Shown here: one piece after another, positions 12,901-26,502 of the stretch | Layout: the number at the start of each line of letters is the position of its first letter | Numbering within the stretch: position 1 is the stretch's first letter | Assembly (NCBI GenBank): GCA_965178125.1 | Contig: OZ237757.1 | Coordinates: 310,001 to 374,000 of the forward strand | Origin: Bilabrum cf. latius | Lineage: Eukaryota | Direction: 5' to 3' | DNA length: 64,000 nucleotides | Notes under the pieces: generated by a model | Seen by the model: only the letters and a program-made list of their open reading frames with translations | Told to the model about the DNA's origin: nothing | Databases searched by the model: none | Program-made: the position numbers and the translations under genes

Positions 12901-14474
12901 ATGTTGAATTCCCGCTGCTCGATCAAGCAGCTGCAACGCGTTTGCCGAAGGTCGCGTTGCACTCGGCCGGCACATAGTTTCGCCACTGCAACTGCTGCTA
13001 TGCAACCACCGTCACCGATACAAATCGCCTTGGGGGGTGAGTGGATGAATGTATTGTAGCTAAAATTTCCATTTGTCACCTTTTTATCTGGTATGCCTTG
13101 ATAAGCTCCAATATAGCAGGTTTGAGTATTCGAGGGCTCGAGTTTGGCGACCCCAACAGCCCTCACAAGGTGCTAGCTACACACGGATGGATGGACAATG
13201 CCGGCTCATTCTGGTGGTTAGGATAGAAAGTAGCAGAGCGAGGCATGCACGTAGTTGCGATTGACCTCCCTGGTCATGGCAGGAGCAGCCACCGAGACAG
13301 GTCGGCCCAGAACTCGGCCTCTGCGAACGTGCCTGACATGTTTCTGATCTTGCGAAGGCTAGGTTGGATATCCGATGAAGATATCCCACACGTGCAAGAT
13401 GCGCACTGGACCAAGGAAGCCGGCCAGGAGTACCAGGCTGCGGCGCCGGTGGCCACGCTCGCCCCGGAATCCGACGGGACTGGAGCGGACGCCGCGCCGG
13501 TCCAGCCCGCGCGCCGCGCGCCCCTCGCAAAAGGCAAAGTTGCATCCCTTTCGCTCCTTGGCCACTCTATGGGCGGCGGACTTAGTGTGGTGCTGACGGC
13601 TGCCCTCGGCCCAAAGGTCGTCAGACGCTTGTGCACGGTGGAGGGCTCCGGCCTCCTGTCCAAGCCGGGGCACGCAGCCGCAATGGACGTTCTGGCTGCA
13701 CTGCACTCCCGAGCACGCGCAGAGAACCGGCTCGATTCCCTGCTGGGCCAGCAGTCGTGGCAGTTTGGTTCCGATGCCCCCGCTGGTGCGAGCGCCGGCA
13801 CGACTGCAGGTAGCCTAGACTCGATGGGCAGATCCCTGGGCACCGCGACCCAGCATGGAGTGCTCGCTCTCGGCCGCGAGTTCGGCTCGCTGCACGACGC
13901 AATCGCTGCCCGCTCCGAGACGGTAAAGATGTTCCCTGGGGAACAGTCCCTGTCACTGGAGGCGGCAGCGCCCATCGTCCAGCGCGGCACGCTTCCCTCC
14001 AGCCCTGAGATTGCGGCGGAAGGCCTCCCCTAGGCACCCAAGTTCGCGGCGGTCTAGGCAAGCGCCCTAGGCCAGGCCAGTCCCTGGCACGGCACTTTCA
14101 ACGAATGGGCGGGTACAATGCACGCTGGTGCAGGCAAGGAGAGCGGATTCCTCGAACAGGCCAAGGAGACGGGTCCGGTCCGGTTTAGCCACGACGGCCG
14201 GCTGCGAGAGTCCAGCCTGTTCTACATGACAGAGGAGCAAGGTCTCTCATTCATGCGGGCATGCGCCTCCCCCACTGCAACCGTTGTAGCTAGCCGGGGC
14301 TGGCCCTGGCCAAAGTCGCTGCAGGGGGCCAGAGAGGAGGCCCTGGGAGCGGTGGCCAAATTGGAGGTGGACGATTCGCACCACCCCCACCTCGAGGCAA
14401 AGTCCAGACAGGAAGTGGCGGAGTTCTGCGCTGATTTCTTGGATCCTGCCAGGGAAGATGATCGCAGGCTGTAA
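12901..14474 (+). CDS. Alpha/beta hydrolase, serine hydrolase-like (SERHL family); exons 12901-13036, 13120-14474 (about 496 aa)
   Basis: HGWMDNAGSF, VAIDLPGHGRSSH, nucleophile motif LGHSMGG and C-terminal SHHPHLE. Intron GTGAGT...AGCAG at 13037-13119. TAG at 13224, 14031, 14055; ends TAA. The Arg-rich N-terminus resembles an organellar targeting peptide. Confidence 0.85.
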
Positions 14475-14608
14475 ATTTGGATAGTAAACTATGTACAGTG
14501 CCACAGTGTATGCTGAAAAATTCAACATGCAGTCCTGCGGACCAGAGCTACCATGGAACAAGCACGGCCATGCGACTGGTTGTTCCTTGGGTATTCTTGA
14601 ACTACCCT

Positions 14609-17600
14609 TCAAGGTGCCGCGGCCTCCTCCGAGTCCTCCTGCAGCCGTGTCAGGTCAATGAAGACCTGCTCCAGGGAGCACTGCGACACCGTGAAATCAG
14701 CCACCGGGGGCTCCTACAGCTGCACGGCCTTCTCCTTCCCGGCCGCTGCCGCAGCCGCTGTGCCCAAGCCTTGCCCTGCAGCAACAGATGGGCTCTCGCC
14801 TCGAAGCCGAATCAGCGTGCTGAATAGCTGTGGCATGTACATGGCAGCGTCCCCTTCGATTTCCAGCCTGGCCCACCCGCTGTGCTGCTCGGCAACTTGC
14901 ACTTTCACAGCGGTGCCATCAGCCCTGGGCTGCTTCGGTGCACCCTATGCCTAACCTCCCTGGGCTGGCGCACTGGCCTGCAGTGCTCCATGCTAGCTTC
15001 CTTCCGCTTGCCATGATACTTGCACCTCCAACGCAGCCTCAAGCAGTTCGATCACACCGCGGAGGCCGGGCCCGCCGCCGCGGCAACTCAGCTGCACCTG
15101 GTAGCCCTTGCCGTACAGGTCACGCAGCCGCTGAGGAGAACCCAAGCACGCTAGCCTCCCGTTCACCATAATACCCACACGGCTAGAGAGCGCGCTGGCC
15201 TCCTCCAGCACGTGAGTGGTGAGCACCGTGGCCCTGCCCTCCCTTTGCTTGCGGATGACCTGCCACATGCGGCGACGGGCTGCAGGATCCACGCCTGCAG
15301 ATGGCTCGTCCTGCATGCACAGCTTGGGCGCGTTGACGTACGCAATGGCGAAATTCAGCTTTCGTTTGTTGCCTCCGCTGTATGTTGAAGAGGGCTGGTC
15401 TGCGTACTTGTCTAGCCCAAGCGTCGCCAGTGCGTCCTGCATGACGGCCTGGGCGTCCTCCTTCTTGAGCCCTTTGCACTCGGTGAAGAACTCGAGCACC
15501 TCCCGTCCCGTCAATTTGTCGAAGAGGCTCTCACCCTGTGGACAGAAACCGACCAAAGAATTGTCGTAGATCTTCTGCCTGTCTCGGAAGAGATCGTGCC
15601 CGCACACCTGGACTGTTCCCCACGTTGGAGGTAGCGTTCCCACGCATATGCTTTGCGTGGTGGATTTACCGGCACCATTGGCGCCACACAGGCCAAACAC
15701 TTCGCCCTCCCGCACGACAACGCACATGTCCTTCACCGCGACCTTGGCATTCGGAGTGGATGGGTTGTAAATCTTCTTGACGTGCGAGATGACCAGGCTG
15801 TTGTCGCTGCTGGAGCCACGACCGGCACCCCCTGCCGCCCCTTCAGCAAGCCTAGTGACCCTCTCTCTCTCATCCTTCACGTCCTGGTCCTCCTCCACGT
15901 CTGGCCTCTTGTCGGCAGAGCCAGCGAGTGGGTCCCTGCCCTTCCCATCCGTTCCCACGTTTTGCATGGATGATTCCAGCAGCAAGACGATGAAGAACCA
16001 TGCGACCGCCTGCAAGAGCAGGATCACGACCTTGTCACCAACCACGTACCACGCAACAGAGGCCTGCGGCTCGCAGTCTTCTCCCAGCACACCTCCAGCC
16101 AGCAAGTGGCACTCGCCACGCAGCCTGATGTCACTCAACCCTAGCGCTAGCGCATTGGTGGGTAGCAAGTACGTGAACAAAAGCACGTAAGGCACGGCAT
16201 CTCCGCCAATCCCGTCCCCATCGTCGTTCGGGAGTCGGATCGAAAACGCGATGCCGAAGACCAGGAGGCCTGCAAGGAGCAGTGCAAGAGTGGTCCACGT
16301 CTGCGCGTCTGTCGCCTTGTTGAACGCAAACGAAAACGCGTACCCCTATCCAGGGAGCCCGATTCCGAAGGCCATTAGCAGGACAACGAGCCCAGGGATG
16401 TCGCTAGGCTTGTACACGCCAGAAGCCGTGGCAACTATGACTGTGCCCAGCGCAGGAGGGATGAACTGCACGGCGTCCCACGCCCAGACACCAGCCCAGT
16501 ATGCCACCGCAGACACGCCCTGCACTAGCTGCAGCTGCTTGATCTGGGTCTCCCTTTCCTTCACCACGGTGATGACTTGCAGAGACGGTACCACCGAATA
16601 CCCCATCGACACGTAGAACCCTGCGATCATGCTCGCCACAAAGACGCCGATGATGGCCACATTCTCTGCGTCACGGTCTTTTGTAATGCTCCTAGGGAAT
16701 GGATCAAAGGTCATCCCAAAGGCCATCGAGCCTGGCTCAAGCGCAGCGGGCACGCCGGTCAGCTGTTTCAGCCTCTGCAGCACTGCCGAGTGGTAGTAAG
16801 ACAGCGTCGCTGGAATTGCGCCGGCATATGACCCGTTCCACAGCACGGTCAGCTCATACCTGTCAGCGAATCCGTCCGGGGCAATTCCAGAGCTCTCGTT
16901 ATACCCAGAGTAGCTGAGCACGCTATCGTCAAACAGCAGCCCACTTGGCACGCCAGTCTCGTGGTCTGCGTACGTGTCGCGAATCCATTCAAGGAACACG
17001 GATGCGTTGGCCCCAACCGAATCGGCGGCCACCACCATGTCGGGCACCCCTGTCCCTTCGCCCGTCGTTGGAGCTGATGCATCCACGAGCTCGACGTAGT
17101 TGCGGGCGGCTGCCCTCGCCACCGTGTTGGATGCTCCCACCCGGCGGTATTGCGGGCTAATCGGCACTTGAAGCGGTGTGCTTGGGTTGACCTACCCAGG
17201 CAGCAAGGCAGCCTCGGGCGACAGATCCACCGTGTACAGATCAGGCAGAACGAAGGCTCGCTGTGTCTGAAGCAGGGCAAATGACACGCCCACGATGATG
17301 ATAGGCAAGATCCACATCAGCCAGATTCCCCTGCGGTCCCGCAGAGTCTCTCGCATACGACGCGTGAAGATGGCCTAAATCTGCCTTGACATGGATGGCT
17401 CCAGGCGCTGAAGCACTGAAAAATCCCCTAGCGAAGGGCCGGACCCGCTATGGCCACCCGAGGGAGCACCCCCTCCAGCCGGCAACTGCTAGCCCCCAAA
17501 GAAACCGACTGAATCAGGGGCAGCCGAGGCCCCTGTCACGGCCAGTGCCTCCTCCTCCTCCTTGGCCTCTTCATCCTCGATCGCCTCGGCCAGCTGCAGG

Positions 17601-20600
17601 AAGACAGCTTCGAGCGAGTTGCAACCGATGCCCCAACTTGACACGCCCGCTGCGCGGTACTCTTCCGTGGATGCCTCCACGCCTGCATCTTCGTCTTCGT
17701 CATCACCCAACTTTCCATCCGACTTTGCCGCCGCCCCGACCTGGCTATCGGTGCCATAGGTGCCTTGCGAATTCGGCTCGGCGGGTGCTGTATCTGAACC
17801 CGGCTCATCCCCATTCAGCGAGGAGCCGACATTGGCACCAGCGGATGTCCCGTCACTTGCGGCAGCGGCTGCATCTCTGATCTGAAGCAGGGCAGAGCGC
17901 CTGGCCGCGCCAAGATCCTCGAGTAGGCCCGGGAACTGCTGGATACAGCCCACCGGCAGCTGGATGGTGATGTCTCGATCGCCAGTCTAAGCGTCATTGG
18001 CTCCTTCTCCTTGGCCATGCTTGTCCTCGGTTGCCACTGTTTCGCTCTTAGCCGCGCCATCAGTGGAATCTGAAACAATGACTCCATCGGCAGCAGCCCC
18101 GCCTGTACGAGTCTACCCAGGGCGGGCTTCATCTCCGTCCAAGAGGAAAGCTTCCGGGATTCTGCGGCGGACAGCAGCGAGTGCCCTCCTCACATCCATG
18201 AACTGGCCCGGGGCCGCCGACAGAGTCAGCTCGTAGCTGGTGCTGAAGCGAGACTTGAGAAACATAGGACTGCCAGCCACGCGCAGCTTGCCACGTCCAA
18301 GCACCACGATTCGGTCGCCCACAGCCTCCGCCTCCTGCATGTGGTGAGTAACCAGCACGATAATCCTGCCTTTCTTCCTGCGGTTGATCAGGTCCCACAC
18401 GAATCGCCGGGCAGACGGGTCCAGGGAAGACGATGGCTCGTCCAGCAGCAGGACGGGCTTGTCGCCGACCAGAGACATGGCAATCGTGAGCCGCCGTTTC
18501 TGACCGCCACTCAGCTGCGAAGCAAGGCTGTTCTGATGGTCGGCCATGCCAAGCTCCTCAAGAAGCGCATCGATCTGCCCAGCCTGCGCATCCGCCGGAG
18601 CATCCAGATCCGCCGCTTTGACCCCTTTGATGTCGCTGTACAGCTGCAGGTGCTCTCTCACGGTGAGGTTCTCAAGAAACACGTCCTGCTGCGGACACAC
18701 GCTCACCATCTCACGGACCCCCTGCACGTCCCAGGTGGACGACTTGCCCATCACGTGCAGCTCGCCAGCTGTCACAGGGAACAGCCCAGTGAGCAATCCC
18801 ATCAGCGTGGACTTGCCGCTTCCGTTCTAACCCAGAAGCGCCGTGGTCTGGCCCTGGAAAAAGTCAATGGAGAGGTTGTTGAGTGCCACCACGTCTCCCC
18901 TGCGCTTGGCAATTCCAGTGGGAATCTCGCCGCAATGCTCGTAATCGGGGCGCCCCGCGCTATTCCCGCATCCAAGCAGCCAGCAGCACCATCCTGCCGA
19001 GGTTCTTGCCTCCGCTCCACTCCCCCCCTTTGCCCCCTCGTACACTTTTGACACACCTCGGATGCGGATCCGTTGCCTAGACGTAATAGACTCGGGGAGG
19101 GGCTCCACGGCAACCTCGTGTGCGATCTACGCCGGGTCAAGAGCGGGACGAATCATGTTTGGAGACGTGCCTTCGGCAGACGCCCCCTGTAGGATACCGC
19201 TTGATGTACCATGGGGAAGGTCAGCGGACTCGGAAGCAGACGCAGCCGCGCCACTGCCACTACTCCCGCCCAGTCTGCCTCCGCCAGGAGATTCATCCTG
19301 CTCTTGCTCGATGCGCCCGAGCAAGCGGTTTGATTCAGGCGCATCTGCTGGGTTGGTTTTGGACCTCCGGATACTCCAAGCGCTCTGAATCCCGGGCTGG
19401 CTTCCCTCCAGCCCATCGATACTTGCCGCAGCCGGCCCATCGACCCGTGCACTGCCCCAGTATTGAGGCATGAAGCAAAAGCAGGGCGGGAGCGTGACAC
19501 CGTACTCTGTCGGAATCACCTGCTGCAAGTACCACGCGATGCACCCGTACAGCGCGGCATCCACGAGCATCATAACGAGGAGTGCACCGAGAGACACCTC
19601 TGACTCGGTCACGTCGGCATCGAACATCGTGGCAAACGTGATTCCCGTGCCCTCCTGCTCCGCACGCTGTATGATGATGTTGCCGGCGCTGAAGGCAGTG
19701 GGCCCAAGCAGCGACAGTCCCAGGATGGTCACCCTACTGGTCCCGCTGCTCAGCAGCACAAAGCTGGGTGCAGACGATGCGAGGTAGAGCAGCATGCCCA
19801 CGCCGCCTCCAGCCCGCGCCTCAGAGAAGAGGGCCGAGATCATCACGGCGAACGAGGCGCACGTGGCCGTAAAGCAAACAAAGAACAGCCAGACAACGAA
19901 GAAGCTGGAGTGCTCGAAGATTCCCGCGAAGCTGACGACCACCACAATCACTGTCACCAGCGCGCCGTACTTGATCGCAGCCGTGGCGAGCCAAGAGAGC
20001 CAGTAGGCCGACTCCTGCATGCCCTGTTGCAGCAACGTGACTATAATCTTCTTCTCCTTCTCTTCCAGGATGTGCTGCAGCATAACGCGCATTTGCATGG
20101 AGAATATGAGCGTCATGTAGATCGGGAGCAGTACGCCTAGGGAGGCACTCGCGGTCCAGGCCGGGGTGGGGAGCTGCTGGAATCGAAGCGATAAGTACCA
20201 AGGCAGTGAGTTCACCTCCCTTGCGCTGCTGCCATCGCCGTACTAGGTATTCGATGCGTTCAAAACCGACCTGGCCACCGCCTGCTCAAATGCAGCCTGA
20301 AAGGGCACTACGAAGTCAGCATAAACAAAACTGTTGGAAGGCGGCTCCCCGTCGTTCGGCTTGGGCACTGGTACAAAGGCCGCAGAGCTCCCAGCCCCGG
20401 GCGCAAGCTTATCGCCATTCCCGCGAAGCCTGTACTGTGCCGGTCCTTGCAATCCAGCAATCCAACCGCTTGAATCGATAACAAACGCTGCCGCAACATC
20501 GTCTGGTCTCTAAGACGTGGCCTCAACCAGTGAAACACCGCCACCTCCTGCGGCTCCCTCACACGATTCTCCTGGCGCTCCTTCGCACGTGAAGCAGCGA

Positions 20601-20977
20601 ACTGGGATTGACGTGAGGTTGCCAAATTTTACAGCCACTTTGCTGATGGGCTCGCTGTGGGTAGGGAGACGAAAAGATCCATTAGTTTCGAATTGAAACT
20701 CGCAAGGAGCCACAAATACTTGCATATCCTGTCTAGCCCCGCCAAGTTCAGATGCAAGAGTGGACGACACCTGATATACATCGTAAGCCAAGCGCGGGCT
20801 GTGCTCAAGGACTGCATCCTCGCCCTGCTCTGGCACAGCTCTCGACAGCAGGGTGAGGACGCCAAGGAAAATTATGGGAATTCCGAGCTCGCGGCACAAA
20901 TCGCGACGATTCCTAGACTGAATGAGCAGATTCTTCCATACCAAAGCTTTTACTTGCTGAAATAGTGACGACGGCAT
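14609..20977 (-). CDS. Full-length ABCA-subfamily transporter (2 TMD + 2 NBD, about 2122 aa, no intron needed)
   Basis: Nine track ORFs in one minus frame joined by about 13 TAGs. Motifs: N-terminal QVKALVWKNLL; NBD1 LLG(TAG)NGSGKST, LSGGQKRRL, LLLDEPSSSLDP, VTHHMQEAE; NBD2 GANGAGKST, YSGGNKRKL, DEPSAGVDP, TTHVLEEA; C-terminal SQCSLEQVFI. Ends TGA at 14609-14611. Confidence 0.92.
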
Positions 20978-22074
20978 GCGTCTGAATGATTTGTTGTGAA
21001 AACTTTCACTGAAGGATCCTCTTGCGGTAGGACCGGTTGTAACCTAAAGAAGTATCCAGGAGAGTTCTGGGACAACCTGAGGAAAAAGACTGGAGCAGGT
21101 ACAAGTGCCCACTCGAGTCGTGCGCATACAACAAATCTTGCTGAGTCATTCAAGCTCAATTGAAGTATTTGACCACGTACATTGCATGACGCCCAATTTA
21201 ACGCAAATCCAATCCTACCAGTCCGCAGAACCTGCTCCAGTCCACTACGCCTTGTCAATCGTCGGCTGCAGGGCACATGATGTCCCTGCACGAATCGAAT
21301 TGAGTTGGCCACAAAAAATCACGCAAATGCCACGTGCATGCCCGCATTCCGCGCTATCCAAATCGTCTCACACTTGTCTTAGAGAGCTCATATCGCGCTG
21401 ACAACTGCGCTGACAACTGCAAGCTGGCGCCTCCAGCACCCCATCAGCAGCACGAAGCACCACGGCGGTAGCCAGTTGCAGCCAACGGCTGGGATGCATC
21501 TCTTAACTCTGTGTGACCTCTACCGTGGCGGGTACGTCCATTATTCCTGAAACTCTCCTGCTTGCGACCAATGGCATCGCTAGCCCCAGGCTGCGACCCC
21601 CGGCACGCGACGACAGCTCTCCATCCCCCCTACCCAGCCCGCCACCCACTCCCATCTCCAGACTCATGGGTGGCGGGCTTAGGCCCTTTCCCTCTTGTCA
21701 CACACTTGTCTCAGATAGGCCGACAGCAACATGGCATACAGATTTGATGCACGAAGGTAAGCACTGCCAGTGGAACTAATGCTTGCGTTGAAGTGGGGCA
21801 CTGGCACTGCCTGTACGTTTTGCCAAGTATGTACCCGTGCACCGAGAGATGACAATGTCCTGCGGGTGCGGCTCAGCCAAGATTGGGCTTCAGCCAGCGC
21901 TCTTTTGTAAGGTATTAGTACGGAACATTTATACCAGAAGTATGCAATCAAGGTGGTCCGTGCGATCCGCCAATACTCACTTTGCAGGCCCAGAAATCGA
22001 GCTTTTTTGGACCTCTAAATACCTCACATTAACAGAGAGTCTTAACTCTCAGGAATATCGAGCAGGCATCACTT

Positions 22075-25000
22075 ATGCAAGGACCTGAGGATAAGACCGG
22101 TCTCGACCACTCAACCAAGGACGGTGATGTCCATAATACAACTGCCAGAGGTGAAGTTAATGCAGCGGTCTATGGAGGTGCAATGACAAATCAGGGTACT
22201 TGCGATGACCTTACTGACGATCTCGACTAGGCGATCTCTGCCGCGCTTTCTGAAATAGGAGCCGTCGATCAGTAGACCACATCGTCTCGGTCTTCATCGA
22301 TACCTGGCCCGAGCCTGACCGAGCATGATGAAAGAGGTGCAACTGAATGTACTACTGAATGTACTGCATCGTCTGGTGCTGGTGCTGATGTCCCGTCGGA
22401 TAATCTGGCTGTCTCTCACCAGGAGGATACCCCAACATGGCCAGGGCCTCGCCTCCCTGATGCCAGGTCTGAAGCGTGTTTGCCCCGCATGGACGCAACC
22501 ATTGGCTAGACCGGTGGTACAGATGGATTACAGCCAGCGTTTGAAACCGTTAAGCGGCAGGTGGCGCTGTATCCGTACCAACAGGCTAGCCGCCGGCGAG
22601 AGTTGAACACGATTGGCAAGATTTTCCGGGCAGATATCGCTCGGGCGCTTGGTGGGTTTCCTCCTGTAGGTTTACTGTGGGATAGAGGCTATCCGGTAGC
22701 CTTTTCACCTGGTGATATAGACTCAATACAGGAGCTCACACGGCTAAAATTCGTCCGAGGCGGCACAGCAGGTGGCATCAAGGCCGTCCACGAGGACCTC
22801 GGCCTATTTCTGAAGTTTTCGTTCGACCAGGCAGGCATCTACTAGAGTTCTCGAATGGCAGCCAAAGCTGCCAAGCGGGAGGCGGCGGCGAGTCGGTGGG
22901 TGCATGCCATGGACAGCGTGCACGTGTCAACCCCGTTGCTGGAGTGCGTGGACCTGACCGTGCAATTGGCCGACAAGACAGATCAGTATCGCGTCATCCG
23001 TGTACAAGCGTACTCCAAAGTTGATTTTGACGGCAAACACACGCTTCGAGTCGGATCTTCGGACAGCGCCGAGTCCTACCACGTAGATGCAGAGCAGATC
23101 GACGACGTGGTCGCCCCCTTGGCTAACCATTTTTGCCTGGCTCCGTACGTGCGGGACGTGAGCGCAACAATAGTCCATGAATATGAGTGTAGAGCAGTTG
23201 CGTCGCATTCAGAACAAGCCAGCAGTGCGGCAGGGGTCAGCTTGTCTGGCGCTGTCCGAAGCGCTGCTGCGTCAGCTGCGGACTGTGCTGCTGACGGTTC
23301 GGGAAAGAGGTGCAGTTCCAACGGTTCTGCCGGGTCAATTTTTGACTTTCTTGGTGCTCATGGCTTGTCCAAAGACGTCTGCACGAAACTTGCCGAAACC
23401 TGCAGCCTACCATCGGACGCGACCTGCGACGGCGCTGGGTTGACGAGCGAGGAGTCTGAGCTTGCGCGTGCCGTCTTTGCTGCTGTTCGGTCATCAGGAG
23501 CCGATATGGACTGTGTCTCCGTACAAAGACACGATATATAGCGCAAAGACCGCCGGCTGGTAGGTCGCAAGGTTTGCCTCTAGCTTCCGTTCGATGTGGA
23601 GGTGCATCAGCTGGCGAGCGGCTAGCGAGTGGTGCTGGATACGCACAGGCTGCTGATCCCAGATGTCTCGTGGTTAGACTGGATGAAATCTAACGAGGCC
23701 AGACCAAGAGTATGGGCCGTTTGTAGCTTGGATACGTCCCGCGTGCTCGAAGGTATGCTCGACTCGTTCGCCTTGAATGATGCGCTGGTGCCAGATGTAG
23801 ATCCAGTTGCCCTTGCATCCTCTCTGAATAGATGGGTCGGATCCAATCTTTCCCTACTAGGCATTGGAAGCTCCGAACGAGAACCATGTGAAGTCAAGCT
23901 TGCATTTTCCGTGGCTGACGTTGAGTTTAATCGTGACACCGGATGCATGCTTGCCGTTGGCACCAGCACCGACAGTGCAGCGAAAGTCTTTGCAGTTATC
24001 TCGTGTCCCCGCTGGTACTATTCGGGTAACGCTGCCCTGACGTGCTTGCTACCACCAGAAGCAGCTGTACAACTCCGGAAGCTCGACAAAGGGGTATCTG
24101 GGTTCTGCCCGGACCAAATCATGTTGGGCGCGGAGGGCGATGGGGGTGTTTCGGCAGCGCGAGCTGCTATCGCAAAGCTCTACGAAAATGCTGAATCCAG
24201 CGGTTTGTCGAGGTATCAGGACGAGGTTACCATTGAGGTGTGCAAGGATCTTGAATTTGATCCTGGGGTAGACCATGAGAAGACGAGGGCCGTCCTGAAG
24301 CGAGCCATGCACTCACTCGGACTCGGTCTGCGACATGCGCGGCTGCTGCTGCGGGATGCAAATGCGCACTAGCGGCACGAAATTATCAGTGCGTTGCGAC
24401 TGGGATCACGGTCAGGATCGATTGCAACGGATGTTGCAGAACGGCTGCACAATAGCAAGCTTGTTGCAGAGAGCTTGGGCTTCCTGTCTTCGCCAGGCAC
24501 AAGGCAAGCCGCGCTGGCAGCTGCTGCGCTTTTTGCCTCGAAAGGTATTCTTATGAAAAAGACAGAAATCACGAGCCAATGTACCGCTGGAGCCCTTGTT
24601 TGGGATCGTGGCTCCAACAAGTTGCTGGCAACTGGACCGTCGTGCGTAGGCACCGATCTTGCTGCTGACGGAGGCACCTTCGATACAAAGCCTTTGGTGG
24701 GCGCAACGCAGCTTCTAGACGAACTTGCGCACATACAGAAGGTCGGAGGTACTGGTGAAGATCAAGTCCTGCAGAATATTAGTGAGTTTGGAGCACGATC
24801 TTCTGGGCTTCAGCATCTAAAGATAGCGGCGCGGGCGAGGGCCGCGGCAGTGCGTCTTCGAAGGAGCTCAGCTGGCACTTCTTTGGAATATGAAGCCCAA
24901 TTCCAAGATCTGTTGCCCTACTTGATGCGCATTTGCGATTGCCTAAGGTAGTTACACGATTTCGGGTCAGCGGAGGCGGTACTGCGCGTGTGCCTAGTGT

Positions 25001-26502
25001 TGAAGCCGCATACGCTTGGCAGGCAGTTCCACAATACCATTCTGAACAATCTTGCCCTGTGTGTGGGTGCCCAGGGCAGGTATGAAGAGGCTGAAACGAT
25101 GTTGCTGAAGTGCTGCGACCTTGCTCTTTAGGCTGATGGCGTGAAAGGAAAGAGGTACGCCACTGCCCTGAACAATTTGGGAAGCTAGCTTTCGTCGCAG
25201 GGGAAGACAGACCAGGCCATCCAAGTGTATCAGAATGTGCAAACTTGCATGGGGACGCTGCATTCGAAATTTAGCACCGAGTACGCTACTGCGGCTACCA
25301 ATTTAGGTACGTCCCTTATCGAAGGCAACCGCGCTGACGAAGGTGTGGCTGTGTTGCATGAGGCTAGACAAATCCAGGCCAGCTTGCTCGGCACGATGCA
25401 CCCCGAATACGCAGCCACGCTCGAAAGTATTGCACACGGAATACATTCACTCGGTTAGCTTGACGATGCAATGAAGTTGCGACAAGAGTGCCTTAGCATC
25501 CGGTAGGCCGTCTTTGGAAAAGCTCACCCGCACTGTGCCAGCACGCTCGTCAACATGGCGCTGTGCTTGCAGGAATAGAAGAATCATAGCGAAGCCCTTC
25601 GTATGCTGTACGAGTCTTTAGAGATATATGAAGTGACGATCGAAAAGGGGAGTCGATAGCTCATTGCTACGAAATTCGCGGTTGCAAAGTGTTTATTCGA
25701 AATGGGTCGCTGGGAAGATGCAGCAGCCATGTATGCAGACAGCATGGCCAATCAACCTAGCAAGACTGTGGGGTACGTTAACAGTATGAGTGGATTGGCC
25801 CTATGTCATGTACGCATGGAGAATGCCTCAAAGGCGGTAGCACTTTTGCTATAGTACTCTACGGGTGTGACTGAAGCTGACGGCTTGGATGTCGTTGTGA
25901 GCCTCAGCAATGTTCTCAACATGATCGCCGGTAGTTTGATGGAGACTGGTCAGCTGCGAGATGCGCTGCAGCTTTTGCAGGAATCGTCGTCAATTTACGA
26001 GCTCAGGGTTGCTCATAGATTGGGACCTGACTCAGCTTCCCAGCTGCCGAAGCTCAAGTGCAATGTTGCTGAGTGCTTGATGCAACTACGTCGGATCGAC
26101 GAGGCCTTCCTACTTTTCAAAGAGTTTGCAGAACCTCTCAAGAAGCTTGAAGGGGCACAGAGCCAACCATACGCTCATGTGCTAGCTCAAATGGCTGCGT
26201 GCTACATGACGAAAGGATAGCCCCATGAATCATTCGACCTGCTCGAGCAAGCGAGAGCCGTGTACAGGGAAACCATTGGTACGCTCCACCCAGCTTATTG
26301 CGTGACAGTGAATAACATGCTGCAATGCTGTCGTCGGGCTGGTCATGCACACCGCGAGATTGAGCTGCTGAAGGATCTAGCCAGGTCCTATTCTGGACTC
26401 TACGGCGCTTTCCATGGTAGAAGCCTGGAAATCAAGTAGCGCTTAGTGGCTCGACTGCTGGAGGAAGGTCGTGTGAAAGAAGCTGAAGCACTCATGGTAT
26501 GA
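22075..26502 (+). CDS. CLU (clustered mitochondria)-domain protein with C-terminal TPR array (about 1475 aa)
   Basis: One frame from ATG 22075 to TGA 26500-26502 with about 19 TAGs. CLU-like motifs LFLKFSFD, AAKAAKRE, TLRVGSSDS, PFDVEVH..SG.RVVLDTHRLLIPD. TPR_12-like repeats (LNNLALCVGAQGRYEEAE, YATALNNLGS, HPEYAATLESIA) from about 24950. Start and stop are uncertain. Confidence 0.7.

Noticed and set aside
20978-22074. About 1.1-kb spacer with a short direct repeat (CGCTGACAACTG x2 near 21396-21419) as a possible ncRNA or suppressor tRNA locus
   Set aside because: No cloverleaf, T-loop or anticodon arm found by eye, and the repeat has only two copies. No tRNA-Gln(CUA) was seen anywhere in the window; tRNAscan-SE would be decisive.
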